Positions 41,220 through 52,096 are shown, counted from the first letter of the stretch. The stretch is DNA of 54,407 nucleotides from an uncultured Calothrix sp. (GCA_937884685.1 CAKZYM010001130.1:1-54407), one strand, 5' to 3'. The notes: generated by a model not told the origin, from the letters alone. Numbers and translations: made by a program.

Positions 41220-41417
41220 CTAGGAATGATGAAATAAGGTTTCTAAATAAACCCGAGCCGCGCGACGGTCGCTATCTCCGTTCTGAAGCAAAAACAAAGA
41301 CAGAGCAGCGGTAAGTACTCGGTCTTGATCCCAATCTGGATGAGTTTCTAAGTAATTCTTTAAAGATTCGTGAAGTGTCTCTGGGACTGCTGCTAAAAGA
41401 CTAACTGTGGCGTTCAT
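41220..41417 (-). CDS. DUF2811 family small protein
   Basis: PETLHESLKNYLETHPDWDQDRVLTAALSLFLLQNG; AGGAGA RBS before ATG 41417. Confidence 0.85.
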   Translation of the reverse strand: MNATVSLLAAVPETLHESLKNYLETHPDWDQDRVLTAALSLFLLQNGDSDRRAARVYLETLFHHS

Positions 41418-41800
41418 AATTCTTCTCCTGAAAATCGGGCTATTAAAGGCAAATACGAGCATATGTTGGCTTTACGGCAAACACTTCGTGAAATATTTAG
41501 AGCTATAGAAGCTATGAATGCTTGCTGCATCAACATATCGACAAACTGCAATGTTACATTGCAAACGGGTTTTTGATGAAAAAACTTGTCGCATCATTTT
41601 GCGCTAAAGGGGGGTGGGTTTGTCAATGCTGCGAAATGTTACAAAGCCATGCATAAAATTTTAATGTTCACGGAATAATCAAGTATATACGCCCTAAATT
41701 GTTACAATTATTAATAGTAACTCAGTCCTTATGAATCTTCACTTTGTTTTATCTAAATCCCCAGCAGTATGTTCTAAAGCCTATCAAAACGTCAAAAGGC

Positions 41801-41853
41801 TGTGGAAAACTCACTAAAAGGCTGTGGAAATCGTGTGGAATTAGTGAGGAAAA
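41801..41853 (-). promoter_or_regulatory. Cluster of DnaA-box-like 9-mers (TTTTCCACA type)
   Basis: TGTGGAAAA (41801), TGTGGAAAT (41823), TGTGGAATT (41834), TGAGGAAAA (41845), co-oriented on an 11-bp register. Confidence 0.6.
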
Positions 41854-41909
41854 TTTGAGTTAATGATAAGAATTACAACTGATGTCATTTGCTTACTACC
41901 CTTTTACCC

Positions 41910-43178
41910 ATGAAATCCTTTACCCGCAAGCACTTACCGAATCTTGATGCTCAAATTTGGATTTTGGCATTCGGTAGGTTACTAAACGAAGTCGGTACGG
42001 GTTTCACTTTGTTTTACGCTCCCATTTTCTTTGTTAATCAAATTGGTCTATCAGCAACCACTGTAGGTATAGCTTTGGGTAGTCATTCCATCTCAGGAGT
42101 TATTGGACGAATTTTGGGAGGTTCTTTAGCTGATTCTCCCTTGTGGGGTCGTCGTCGTACTTTACTGCTTTCAGCTGCAATTTCAGCAATTGGTTCTTTA
42201 GTTTTAGCCGCTACACATAATTTTGTCACCCTAGTTATTGGTAATTTGATAAATGGGCTAGGCATCGGATTGTACTGGCCAGCGACCGAGGCTGTTGTTT
42301 CGGATTTAACTAATACCGAAAATAGTCGTGAAGCGTTCGCTATTACGAGATTTGCAGACAATATTGGTCTGGGTTTGGGAATAGTTTTAGCAGGAGCATT
42401 AATAGCAAATACTGCCAGTTATCGCTTGCTATTTATTATTGATGGGGTATCATTCATTTTATTTTTCGTGGTGATTTATGTAGCAATTAAAAAGAATCGT
42501 AATTACGTAGCAAAAGTAAATTCAGCTTCAATTCCACAACAAATAGCTTCTTGGAAAGCAGCTTTAAGAGACAATCGTTTACTCGTATTTGTTGTGGTAA
42601 ATATTATTTTTACCACCTATATTTCTCAGCTACACAGCACTCTTCCAGTTTATTTCAGTAAATTTATTCAATTTTCGGAAGTAAATAAAGGATTTACTCA
42701 AACAACTATCAGCGCTCTTTTCACCTGGCATTTAATCGTAGCGATAATTGCACAACTACCTGTCGCTCGCTTGATGAAGCGCTTATCTCACTCAGCAGCG
42801 CTTACTATTTCCGCTTTGTTATGGGCAATCGGTTTTATTTGTATTTGGGTCAGTGGTGTTTTCTTAAGTTATCCAATAGCTTGGGCTGCGTTAGCATTAT
42901 CCTTATTTGCTTTGGCTATAGTTTCTTACACCCCATCAGCTTCAGCTTTAGTTAGCGAAATTGCTCCGTTAGATAAACGCGGTCTTTATTTCTCGATTAA
43001 TTCTCTTTGTTGGGCTGCTGGCTATTTTATTGGTCCCCCTTTAGGTGGTTTAGCGTTAGACCAATCTCAATTTGTAATCAATAGTTTTTGGTTGATTTTA
43101 GCTACAAGCGTTATTTTCACGATGACTATTTTACGCTACTTACATCGTTTGCTTTTAGCGAAAATAAATAGTGATTAG
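41910..43178 (+). CDS. MFS transporter
   Basis: Motif A GGSLADSPLWGRRRTL, ~12 hydrophobic segments; ATG 41910 preferred. Confidence 0.88.
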   Translation: MKSFTRKHLPNLDAQIWILAFGRLLNEVGTGFTLFYAPIFFVNQIGLSATTVGIALGSHSISGVIGRILGGSLADSPLWGRRRTLLLSAAISAIGSLVLAATHNFVTLVIGNLINGLGIGLYWPATEAVVSDLTNTENSREAFAITRFADNIGLGLGIVLAGALIANTASYRLLFIIDGVSFILFFVVIYVAIKKNRNYVAKVNSASIPQQIASWKAALRDNRLLVFVVVNIIFTTYISQLHSTLPVYFSKFIQFSEVNKGFTQTTISALFTWHLIVAIIAQLPVARLMKRLSHSAALTISALLWAIGFICIWVSGVFLSYPIAWAALALSLFALAIVSYTPSASALVSEIAPLDKRGLYFSINSLCWAAGYFIGPPLGGLALDQSQFVINSFWLILATSVIFTMTILRYLHRLLLAKINSD

Positions 43179-43598
43179 GGAAAAATACATTTATCTTATC
43201 CGCTACAGGGTTAAGGATTCAAATATATTTTTGTAGCTTGGCTTTCACCTTTAGTGTAAAACTATCAGTCTTAATTTTCAAATTCATTCATACATAAATT
43301 AATTGATATTTTGATTTTAGAACTTAAATTTGAATTTCAAATTTTGAAATTAAACGCTTTATTTTTTTATGATAAGCTAATTTTTGAAAAATTAATGATA
43401 CTGTTATTCTTAGTAGTGGGGATTATTGTAATTAAAAACTATTTTAGCTCATACTTCCGATTTTAAAAGTATTTTACCATCGAAGCAGGAACCAATACGC
43501 ATTTCTAGAAAAGTTTTTTCTATTGAGAGAAAAATAATTGAAATCAATCAGAAATAATCGAAAAACGAGAAAGGTCGAAAAGCCAATATAACTAAAAA

Positions 43599-43634
43599 TA
43601 GTTTTGAACCATCGCTAACAACGATTCAAAACTA
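43599..43634 (-). terminator. Putative terminator of hisIE
   Basis: TAGTTTTGAA...TTCAAAACTA inverted repeat with an A-run on the left. Confidence 0.45.
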
Positions 43635-43653
43635 GGGGAGAGAAAATGTAAGT

Positions 43654-44301
43654 TTACTTTCGTCTTTCTTGTAATTTTCGATAAACAGACTTTAAATCAA
43701 CATTGTGATGAGCTAAAGCTACTAAAGTGTGATAAAACAAGTCGGCGACTTCACCAGCTATATCATCAGCATCATCATCTTTACAAGCCATGACGACCTC
43801 AGCCGATTCCTCACCAATCTTTTTTAAAATTTTGTTATCACCACCCTGAAACAATTTACAAGTGTATGAATCTTCGGTAGGATTATCGCGTCGGTTAGAT
43901 ATTACGTGAAATAATTGTGACAAAGTGTCGGCAGGAGGTGGAATAATTTTGTCTTCAACCTGGTGAAAACAACTTCTTTGACCAGTATGACAAGCAATAT
44001 CTCCCATTTGTTCGACACTAATTAGAAGAGCATCGCTATCACAGTCGTAGCGAAGACTATGCACCAATTGAATATGTCCGCTCGTAGCACCTTTATGCCA
44101 TAGTTCCTGACGCGAACGACTCCAAAACCAAGTTTCACCAGTTTCCAAAGTCTTGCTTAAAGATTCTTGACTCATCCATGCCATCATCAAAACTGTGCCA
44201 TCTAGATAATCTTGGACTATGGCTGGCACTAAACCTTGTTCATCGTAGCGAATTTTATCAACGGGGTTAAAGTTTTGCGAATCTGTTACAGAAAAAAACA
44301 T
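43654..44301 (-). CDS. hisIE: Bifunctional phosphoribosyl-AMP cyclohydrolase / phosphoribosyl-ATP pyrophosphatase
   Basis: [28 protein letters not shown]...[18 protein letters not shown]. Confidence 0.95.
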   Translation of the reverse strand: MFFSVTDSQNFNPVDKIRYDEQGLVPAIVQDYLDGTVLMMAWMSQESLSKTLETGETWFWSRSRQELWHKGATSGHIQLVHSLRYDCDSDALLISVEQMGDIACHTGQRSCFHQVEDKIIPPPADTLSQLFHVISNRRDNPTEDSYTCKLFQGGDNKILKKIGEESAEVVMACKDDDADDIAGEVADLFYHTLVALAHHNVDLKSVYRKLQERRK

Positions 44302-44407
44302 ACCAGCAAGATACCGCCCTTTAATAAGAATGATTCATGAATTCACGATATCATTCTGTATGGTGTATCTTTACGAGATGTTTTTCCTTTATGCTTACGG
44401 TTAGACT

Positions 44408-44573
44408 TCAGAGACTTGCCTTTGTTTGCGTAGTCAAGTGCATCTTCAATGCACTGAAGACGAATTGATGAGCTTTGGGAATTTCACCGTACCAATGGAT
44501 AGCCAAGTTGAAAGCCGACTAGTAGCGATTGCGAATCTCAATCCGGCAAATCCTGATTTGACTTATATAACAT
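44408..44573 (-). pseudogene. ChaB-family small protein pseudogene
   Basis: MLYKSNQDLP[frameshift]IEIRNRY*SAFNLAIHWYGEIPKAHQFVFSALK; resembles cyanobacterial ChaB proteins; frameshift, stop and short deletion. Confidence 0.7.
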
Positions 44574-44687
44574 ATTGCTATTTTCCACGGAACGCCCTTT
44601 TCGGCTAATTTACTACGATATAGAGTTGAAGCTGTATTAGTCCATATCCCAAGATAGACAATTATAATTACACTGTAGGAGACAGCC

Positions 44688-45986
44688 TTGGTAAATACAA
44701 CGATTAAAACTACCAAATCACAAGAAATCTTTTCAGCTGCTCAAAATTTAATGCCAGGAGGAGTAAATTCTCCAGTCCGTGCTTTTAAATCTGTAGGTGG
44801 TCAACCTATAGTTTTTGACCGCGTAAAAGGCGCATATATTTGGGATGTAGATGGCAATAAGTATATAGACTATGTAGGTACCTGGGGTCCGGCAATTTGC
44901 GGTCATGCTAATCCCGAAGTAATTACCGCACTACATTCGGCTTTAGAGAAAGGTACCAGCTTTGGTGCCCCTTGTGCATTAGAAAATGTCTTGGCGGAAA
45001 TGGTTATTGATGCCGTCCCCAGCATTGAAATGGTAAGATTTGTTAATTCTGGAACGGAAGCCTGCATGGCCGTGTTGAGGCTTATGCGAGCTTTTACCAA
45101 ACGAGACAAAATCATTAAATTTGAAGGCTGCTACCATGGTCATGCCGATATGTTTTTGGTAAAAGCAGGTTCAGGAGTCGCAACTTTGGGTTTACCTGAC
45201 TCTCCAGGAGTTCCTAAATCAGTTACTGGCGATACTCTAACAGCACCTTTCAATGATTTAGAAGCGGTAAAAGTATTATTTGAAGAAAATCGTGGTGAAA
45301 TTGCTGGAGTAATTTTAGAGCCAGTAGTAGGAAACTCTGGTTTTGTTCCTCCCGATGCAGGATTTTTAGAAGGACTGCGTGAAATCACCACCGAACACGG
45401 TGCATTATTAGTATTTGATGAAGTTATGACTGGCTTCCGTATCTCTTACGGTGGCGCTCAAGAGAAGTTTGGTGTGACCCCGGATTTAACTACTTTGGGT
45501 AAAATTATTGGTGGTGGTTTACCTGTAGGAGCCTACGGTGGTCGTCGAGATATCATGTCGATGGTTGCACCCGCAGGACCTATGTATCAAGCTGGAACCT
45601 TGAGTGGAAATCCTTTGGCAATGACTGCGGGGATCAAAACATTGGAATTGCTTCAAAAGCCAGGTACTTACGATTACTTAGAAAAAATCACTAAAAAGTT
45701 AGCAGATGGTTTGGTAGAAGTTGCTCGCGAAACTGGTCATGCTACTTGTGGTGGTAATATCAGCGGAATGTTTGGTATGTTCTTCACCAAGGGTCCGGTT
45801 CATAACTATGAAGATGCTAAAGCTTCTGATACGGCTAAATTTGGACGCTTCCATCGTGGAATGTTAGAACATGGTATTTACTTAGCACCTTCTCAATTTG
45901 AAGCTGGTTTTACCTCTATAGCTCATACCCAAGAGGATATTGAGCGAACTTTACAAGCTGCGCGAGAAGTCATGTCTGGATTGTAG
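44688..45986 (+). CDS. hemL: Glutamate-1-semialdehyde 2,1-aminomutase
   Basis: [47 protein letters not shown]; TTG start with AGGAG RBS. Confidence 0.96.
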   Translation: MVNTTIKTTKSQEIFSAAQNLMPGGVNSPVRAFKSVGGQPIVFDRVKGAYIWDVDGNKYIDYVGTWGPAICGHANPEVITALHSALEKGTSFGAPCALENVLAEMVIDAVPSIEMVRFVNSGTEACMAVLRLMRAFTKRDKIIKFEGCYHGHADMFLVKAGSGVATLGLPDSPGVPKSVTGDTLTAPFNDLEAVKVLFEENRGEIAGVILEPVVGNSGFVPPDAGFLEGLREITTEHGALLVFDEVMTGFRISYGGAQEKFGVTPDLTTLGKIIGGGLPVGAYGGRRDIMSMVAPAGPMYQAGTLSGNPLAMTAGIKTLELLQKPGTYDYLEKITKKLADGLVEVARETGHATCGGNISGMFGMFFTKGPVHNYEDAKASDTAKFGRFHRGMLEHGIYLAPSQFEAGFTSIAHTQEDIERTLQAAREVMSGL

Positions 45987-46019
45987 AAACTAACTACAGT
46001 CAAATCTTTATGTACTTAT

Positions 46020-46049
46020 CAATCCCGTCTAACAAATAGGACGGGATTG
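46020..46049 (+). terminator. Hairpin after hemL
   Basis: CAATCCCGTC...GACGGGATTG 10-bp stem. Confidence 0.6.
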
Positions 46050-46052
46050 AAA

Positions 46053-47193
46053 AGACATCTCCAACAACTAGCAAACTAGCTTTATGACTACCTTATAAGC
46101 TGTATTGCTCAGGAATGCAGATAACCATTACTTACTGTAAAATAAGATGTTGAGATATTTACTGATAAAAATAAGGTAAAAATATGTAGTTATTTGCATT
46201 AATTTTAGCCGGAGGCAGCAGACTGTATTTCTGTTAGTAATATTAGTGTCCCAATTCTTAATCTAACTAACCCACAGATTGCTAAAATAACCTGTTCATA
46301 TTTTTTAGGATTTAATCTAAATCTTTCTTGAGCGACTCTAAAGATTTTTATTGAACGTATTCGATGTTCAACAAATATCCGTTTAGATGCAAATAAAGTG
46401 TTTTCTTCTTTTTGTTCAATTGTTAATTCACCATTTCTTGGTTTTTTGATTGGAGTATCAATTAAATCTTCTCCTATATAAGCTAAATCTCCCTTAAATT
46501 TTTGATTTGGATGAAAGTGTAAACGATATTCTCGGATGGGTAGTTATATCACTTTTTGGTCCCGGTTCGCCCGCAACAACATCAACAATATCATTACCAT
46601 TTGGTAAAATAATCATTTGATATTTTAATGTATGATTACACTTTTTACCCGAATAATATTTTTCTTGTTCTTTATTGTCCCCAGGTCTCTCCCTGACTTG
46701 CTCATAGCAATAAAGCAATTAATTCATACTCGGTTAATTTATCTTGAATTACTTCATAATCGGCTGCGTTTTTTTTACCTGTTCAAGTAAGCTAGAAGGT
46801 AGTAATTCTCTAAGTAATGGCAACCAGTAGTTAAAAGTAGAATTTGCTGTAGACTCACTGACTCCAAACTGGATACCAAGAAGTTGAAATATTGTCATAT
46901 GCCTGAGATAAATTAAAGTCAAAATAATTTGCTCTCGTATCGATAATTTTGGTCTGCGACCACCACCTTTTTCAATAATTCTGATTTTCTCAGTCTCTAG
47001 CAAGTCTTGTTTTTTATAGTGTAATCTTTGTGCATTTTGAATTAGTTACTGTAGCTCAGAATAGTCTAAGCCAATCAATCTTTGTGTTTCTTGAGGATGC
47101 TCTTCAATATGATTCAGTATCTCAGCCACTTTTTGTGTAAAAAAACTCTGCAATGTTCTTTTACCACAAAATATTTATATTTTGGAGATGTCT
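46053..47193 (-). mobile_element. IS5-family (ISL2/IS702-like) insertion sequence, decayed
   Basis: Perfect 12-bp TIR AGACATCTCCAA/TTGGAGATGTCT, AAA on both flanks (possible TSD); transposase remnants 46205-47129. Confidence 0.88.
46205..47129 (-). pseudogene. IS5-family transposase pseudogene
   Basis: GGGRRPKL, LTLIYLRH...LGIQFGVSESTAN, YYSGKK, RIFVEHRIR; TAA at 47046-47048, A8 frameshift window 46769-46776, further frameshifts near 46715 and 46510. Confidence 0.88.
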
Positions 47194-47232
47194 AAAGTTT
47201 TTAAGAATAATTGAGACGTATTAATCAAAGCA

Positions 47233-47400
47233 TTAATTGCAGCTACATCCGCTGTGGGCACAACCTGTCATGTTTTTATGACCTTCAGCGCAAGCTTTAG
47301 AACAGTGATATTGACCATCTTTGCTTATTGCACTGTCTACTTTCACAATACACAAACATTTCTCGCACGTACATTTCATTAAATCTACAGTAGTAGTCAT
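47233..47400 (-). CDS. smtA: Prokaryotic metallothionein
   Basis: MKCTCEKCLC...YHCSKACAEGH...GCAHSGCSCN; start at 47400 (55 aa). Confidence 0.93.
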   Translation of the reverse strand: MTTTVDLMKCTCEKCLCIVKVDSAISKDGQYHCSKACAEGHKNMTGCAHSGCSCN

Positions 47401-47437
47401 TTTCTTCTGCCATAGATACTTTTTTAACAGCCTACAG

Positions 47438-47463
47438 AATGTCTGAATAGACATTCATGTATT
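47438..47463 (-). promoter_or_regulatory. SmtB/ArsR 12-2-12 operator
   Basis: Minus strand AATACATGAATG-tc-TATTCAGACATT, matches the aAtAxxTGAaca-xx-tgtTCAxxTaTt pattern; 38 bp upstream of smtA. Confidence 0.8.
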
Positions 47464-47466
47464 GGA

Positions 47467-47596
47467 TAAGTAATTCGGCAGAAATAAATACAACTATGTA
47501 ACAGAGTGTAAATCGTTATTAAACTCTTACCCCGACTGCCGACTGCCGATTGCCGACTGCCTATCCTAGTTACAATTTTCAACGCCAACCTACTTA
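47467..47596. mobile_element. MITE-like element containing CCGACTG heptamer repeats
   Basis: Ends TAAGTAATTCGGC / GCCAACCTACTTA (10/13 inverted match); 4 heptamers at 47532-47560; similar end GCCGACCTACTTA at 40299-40311. Confidence 0.6.
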
Positions 47597-47973
47597 CTAG
47601 CATATTTTTTTGTTACGGCAATAAATATAAATTAATGTAGGCTAGGCTAGGTGAAAATCCCGAAGCAAGAACTGAAAAAACAATTTGCAGAAAAAAATTG
47701 AATTAGGGAAAATTTAGAATTATCAAAAGCTATATACGATTGCGATATGGTTTTAGCTTTCAAAGAAAATTAACAAGAAATAATTAAAAATCAATCGAAA
47801 CGTTCTAAAAATTCCGTATATACACTATAGGTTGTTCAAATATTGCGTAAACTTTAAAAATTCTTCAAAACAAACCCAGCAATTTGCACCTGGTATCTTG
47901 TAATTCCTGTCTCAATAATAGAAATAGGGTAATTGCTCCCCGTTATTATTTTTTTGTAGCGAGTTGACAGTGC

Positions 47974-49590
47974 ATGAGCTACTGCTTAAATCCGAACTGT
48001 CCCAACCCAGAAAACTTAGCTTTCAGTGAACGATGTCAATCTTGTGGGGCGCGAATATTGTTGCGCGAGCGTTACCGGGTTAGTAAATCCCTAGGTCAAG
48101 GTGGCTTTGGAGCGACCTTTCTCGCACAAGATGAAGCTTTACCTGGAGAACCAAGTTGTGTAATTAAGCAACTACGTCCTTCCGGAACTGCACCCCATGT
48201 TTTGCAGATGGCACGGGAATTATTTGAGCGAGAAGCTGTAACCCTGGGTCGAATTGGGAATCATCCCCAAGTTCCACGTTTATTAGATTATTTTGAAGAC
48301 CGCGAACATTTTTATTTAATTCAGGAATATGTTCATGGTTCAACTATACAACAGGAGGTGAAACATACCGGAGTATCAACAGAGGCAGGAGTAAAGCAGT
48401 TTTTAAGTGAAATTCTACCATTACTGCAATATATTCACTCCCAGAAAGTAATTCACCGAGATATTAAGCCTGCCAACTTGATTCGTCGCGCTCAAGATGC
48501 CAGATTGGTTTTGATAGATTTTGGTGCCGTCAAAAATCAAGTCAGCCAAACGGCTGCGATGCAATCAGGGCAAACAGCATTAACCGCTTACGCTATTGGT
48601 ACTCCAGGTTTTGCACCTCCAGAACAAATGGCTATGCGTCCAGTTTATGGTAGCGATATTTATGCTTTGGGAATTACGTGTATATATTTACTAACTGGTA
48701 AATCTCCCAAAGATTTAGAATATAATCCAGCAACCGGTGAGGTGATGTGGCAACATCTGGTACATGCGAGCGACCACTTTGCTCAAGTACTAGGAAAGAT
48801 GATGGATGTATCGGTTCACAATCGTTATCAGTCAGCTGATGAAGTACTGAGAGCCTTAGAAATGGAGCCTTACTTAGATAGTTTGGCTTCTGGTTTGGCG
48901 GCTCCCTCTAATAACGGTAGTCCCAGAACTTCCACAGGTGTTGTAGATGGTACAAATATCACGAACAACTCATCTACTAGTTTCTCTAGTGCTGGAGTTG
49001 CTCAAGTAGCAGCAGCTATTCGTGCTAGAAAAGCTAAAACTGCTTCTGGTACAGCAGTGCGAACACGAAGAGACAAAAATAGCATTCTGACATCTAAAAC
49101 AGCAGCCTCTGTATCCAATTCAGGTAAATCTTACTCTGGAAAATCACAAGCACAACAGCGTCGCTTAAATTCCGAAAGCTTACTTACAGCTTATTTAAAG
49201 GGAAGAAGAGATTTTGCTTTACATAATTTGAGTTTGTTGAATTTACAAGGCTCCGATTTATCAGAAACAAATTTTCATTCTTCTAAATTTGAAAAAACTA
49301 ACCTTCAAAGCGCAAATCTTTATAACAGCGACTTTGGAAGAGCTAACTTAAGTAAAGCCAATCTTAGAGATGCTAATTTAAGTAAAGCTTACTTTAATCA
49401 TGCTGATTTGGAATTAGCCGACCTTCGGGGCGCAGACCTTAGTTATGCTCATTTAAGTAATGCTAATCTCCGTGGAGCTAATTTGTGCGGTGCCAATCTT
49501 ACTGGAGCTAAAATAAGTCCCGAACAGTTAGCATTAGCCAAAACTAATTGGATGACTGTACGTCCTAATGGAAGAAGAGGTTTGTTATGA
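47974..49590 (+). CDS. Ser/Thr protein kinase with N-terminal 4-Cys motif and C-terminal pentapeptide repeats (SpkB-like)
   Basis: CLNPNC...CQSC, GQGGFG, VIKQL, HRDIKPAN, DFG, GTPGFAPPEQ; ANLxx repeats. Confidence 0.9.
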   Translation: MSYCLNPNCPNPENLAFSERCQSCGARILLRERYRVSKSLGQGGFGATFLAQDEALPGEPSCVIKQLRPSGTAPHVLQMARELFEREAVTLGRIGNHPQVPRLLDYFEDREHFYLIQEYVHGSTIQQEVKHTGVSTEAGVKQFLSEILPLLQYIHSQKVIHRDIKPANLIRRAQDARLVLIDFGAVKNQVSQTAAMQSGQTALTAYAIGTPGFAPPEQMAMRPVYGSDIYALGITCIYLLTGKSPKDLEYNPATGEVMWQHLVHASDHFAQVLGKMMDVSVHNRYQSADEVLRALEMEPYLDSLASGLAAPSNNGSPRTSTGVVDGTNITNNSSTSFSSAGVAQVAAAIRARKAKTASGTAVRTRRDKNSILTSKTAASVSNSGKSYSGKSQAQQRRLNSESLLTAYLKGRRDFALHNLSLLNLQGSDLSETNFHSSKFEKTNLQSANLYNSDFGRANLSKANLRDANLSKAYFNHADLELADLRGADLSYAHLSNANLRGANLCGANLTGAKISPEQLALAKTNWMTVRPNGRRGLL

Positions 49591-50964
49591 TTTGGAATTA
49601 AAATAAAACGGTTACTTGTTTTAATTTAATTTCAATCATTATCAGCCTCGACAACCTTGATATATTTTATAAAGGACAAATTTGGCAAAAGTTTTTGTTA
49701 GTTCAAAATACAAATTTTAAAAACAACTGAAATAATATTTATAGCAGTGATGCTAGAAAATTCCAAACTTTAGCGATTTGTTCGATAGTCATCAATAACG
49801 GATTTTTATCGTTAATTAAATTCTAAAGAGAAGTAACTAATTTTATGAAATAAATATTTTGCGATTAAAGTTCTATTGACACAAATTTCTCTATAAATTC
49901 TTGAAATTAAGATGACCATAGAGGAATATTTTATTTTAACTATAATCTTTTCTAGTCATGAGTTCCTTTAGAAATAAATATGTTTTATCTTGAAAGCATT
50001 TTGAACAATGATAATATAGCCTGGACGTATCACTATATTAAGAAGCCCATAATATACTTTAACTAAGTTGAATGTTCGCTCTGCTCTGTGTGAGTACATA
50101 CTACAGAACTTATACGAGGGTAACGTAATTGCATTATTACGAACGATAGCTACGTATATGTCTTATCGGACAAGCTTCGTTAACTTAAACAATTTGTGAT
50201 TTCTCTCCCACATTGCGTTTGGGTCGCAATGAGTATTTTTAATCGCGTAAATTCTATATTAGTATAAGTACTAGTAAAATAGACCTTTTCAAATTATGCG
50301 GACGAAGTATTGATTTCGATTGCCTTGAGGATTAGCAGCGCTTCGTCTCTGTAACACTGCAGTAGAACTAGAAATTTGATACGAATATAATTCATTACTC
50401 AATTGCTTAGCTAATATAGTTTATAACTATCGATATATTCCTTCAGATTTAATTAATTGTTCAAAATCTAGACTAAATATTACAAAAAATATATCTAAAG
50501 TTATACATCAACAGCTTTATTCTCCGAAACTTCTACTCTAAAGCTGATTACGTCGGGAAATTACTTAAGATATTTTGAATAAATAGTTTTCATTCCAGCT
50601 ATGAATTAGAGTATAATATAAGACAACTTAATCAGTAGTTATGTTTATCAAATTAATGCCTTGTTATACTACATGACAATGGTAATATTAATAACTACAA
50701 AAGATAAGCAAAATTAGATCTTAATGTTTTTTGTATGATGCATTTTTTTGCTCTTATTTGATAAAAATGCGTTTATTACGTAAGAGAGGTCTGCTATTTA
50801 CTTTAATAAAACGCCCAATACTTATGCAAAGCCGATTAATTCAATAAGTGTTGAGGAAAATAACGCCTCCTTTGTTAAATTTATCCTAGAGAAAGGCGTA
50901 CATTCTATGAAAGCACGGAAATACACATAATTTAGTTCTGGTTTGAGACTGAAACCAAATAGTC

Positions 50965-51816
50965 ATGAGCAATATTAGTAAGTTAAAATTTTTCTCAGGA
51001 AAAGGCTCATCTACAACTCCCGAATGCATACCGGAAGAGCTAAAAGAGCGATTAAGTTTGTATCAGCTTTTTGCAAAATTATATGAAAATCATGGCAGTC
51101 TCTTAGAGCAGATTCTTAAGTCAGAAAACTTATCCCTTACTCCAATGAATCTAGCGCAGTCGTATTATATACAGGCTGTTATTGATGGGGAAGCTGTTTA
51201 CGTAACAACGAACTTATGCGGTAAAAGTCAGAGCTTGCGACAGTCTCAAAATACTTGGACTATCGGACGCGATCGCAACAGTGGAATAAATATCAATAAT
51301 AAATATGTGTCTCGTCACCATGCTGCTATTCGATACGTCAAGCAGGAGGGTGATTTTTATGAGTCGTCTACTGGGATTAATACAAATGGTGTGTTTTATT
51401 TACTAGACTTTAACAGTACCAATGGGACTTATATTAACGGTGAACAGATTTATCTGCCAACCAAGCTTGAGGAAGGAGATATTATTCGCATAGGTAATAT
51501 AACTTTTTCATTTTTCATAAATCATAGTTGTTCTGTTCTACCTACAGTTGCAATTGAGTTACTGATGCAGTTAGTACCTAAAACTGATGATATAACGGTT
51601 CATAATAATAAAGCAAAAAAATTATATCAGTATTATAAAAACAAAACGAAAACTCGAAAGCTGGAGAATAGGGAGCTTATTCAAGAAGAAATCAAAGATG
51701 AAAAAGTAGCTCGGATGAAGACCTTTGAAGAGCAGTTAAGTCAGGAATGGAAATCCGATGTTTTAGACCGTTTTTATAGTAAGCAAGTAACAAAAAGTCC
51801 CGTAATCAATAGTTAA
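50965..51816 (+). CDS. FHA domain protein
   Basis: WTIGR, VSRHHA, DFNSTNGTYING, LEEGDIIRIG. Confidence 0.88.
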   Translation: MSNISKLKFFSGKGSSTTPECIPEELKERLSLYQLFAKLYENHGSLLEQILKSENLSLTPMNLAQSYYIQAVIDGEAVYVTTNLCGKSQSLRQSQNTWTIGRDRNSGININNKYVSRHHAAIRYVKQEGDFYESSTGINTNGVFYLLDFNSTNGTYINGEQIYLPTKLEEGDIIRIGNITFSFFINHSCSVLPTVAIELLMQLVPKTDDITVHNNKAKKLYQYYKNKTKTRKLENRELIQEEIKDEKVARMKTFEEQLSQEWKSDVLDRFYSKQVTKSPVINS

Positions 51817-51967
51817 TTTTACAAATACTTTCTGTTAAAATACATACCTCCAGATGTTCTGCTTGGTAATCCGTAAGTGTAAGGCTAACTCTAATTCATC
51901 ACTGAGTAACAAACTGAGTAACAATTAGAATATTGATACTAAGTAAATATTAATTAATTACAAATCA

Positions 51968-52096
51968 TAAGCTGCTACGCATTTAATTTGTATAGGACGC
52001 TTCGTGCAAGATACATATCCTGACGGATACCCTGAGAAGACCGCACTACAACCTTTTCAAATTTTTGGACTATCCAATTTAGCTTCACATCAGCTA
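51968..52096. repeat. Degenerate MITE-like repeat
   Basis: TAAGCTGCTACGCATT ... CACATCAGCTA weak terminal inverted repeat. Confidence 0.35.

Noticed and set aside
41470-41530. GGCAAAC...GAAA segment resembling a c-di-GMP-I riboswitch start
   Set aside because: No matching P1/P2 stems or tetraloop receptor
44426-44716. Two short ORFs upstream of hemL
   Set aside because: Overlap the ChaB pseudogene and hemL start in non-coding frames
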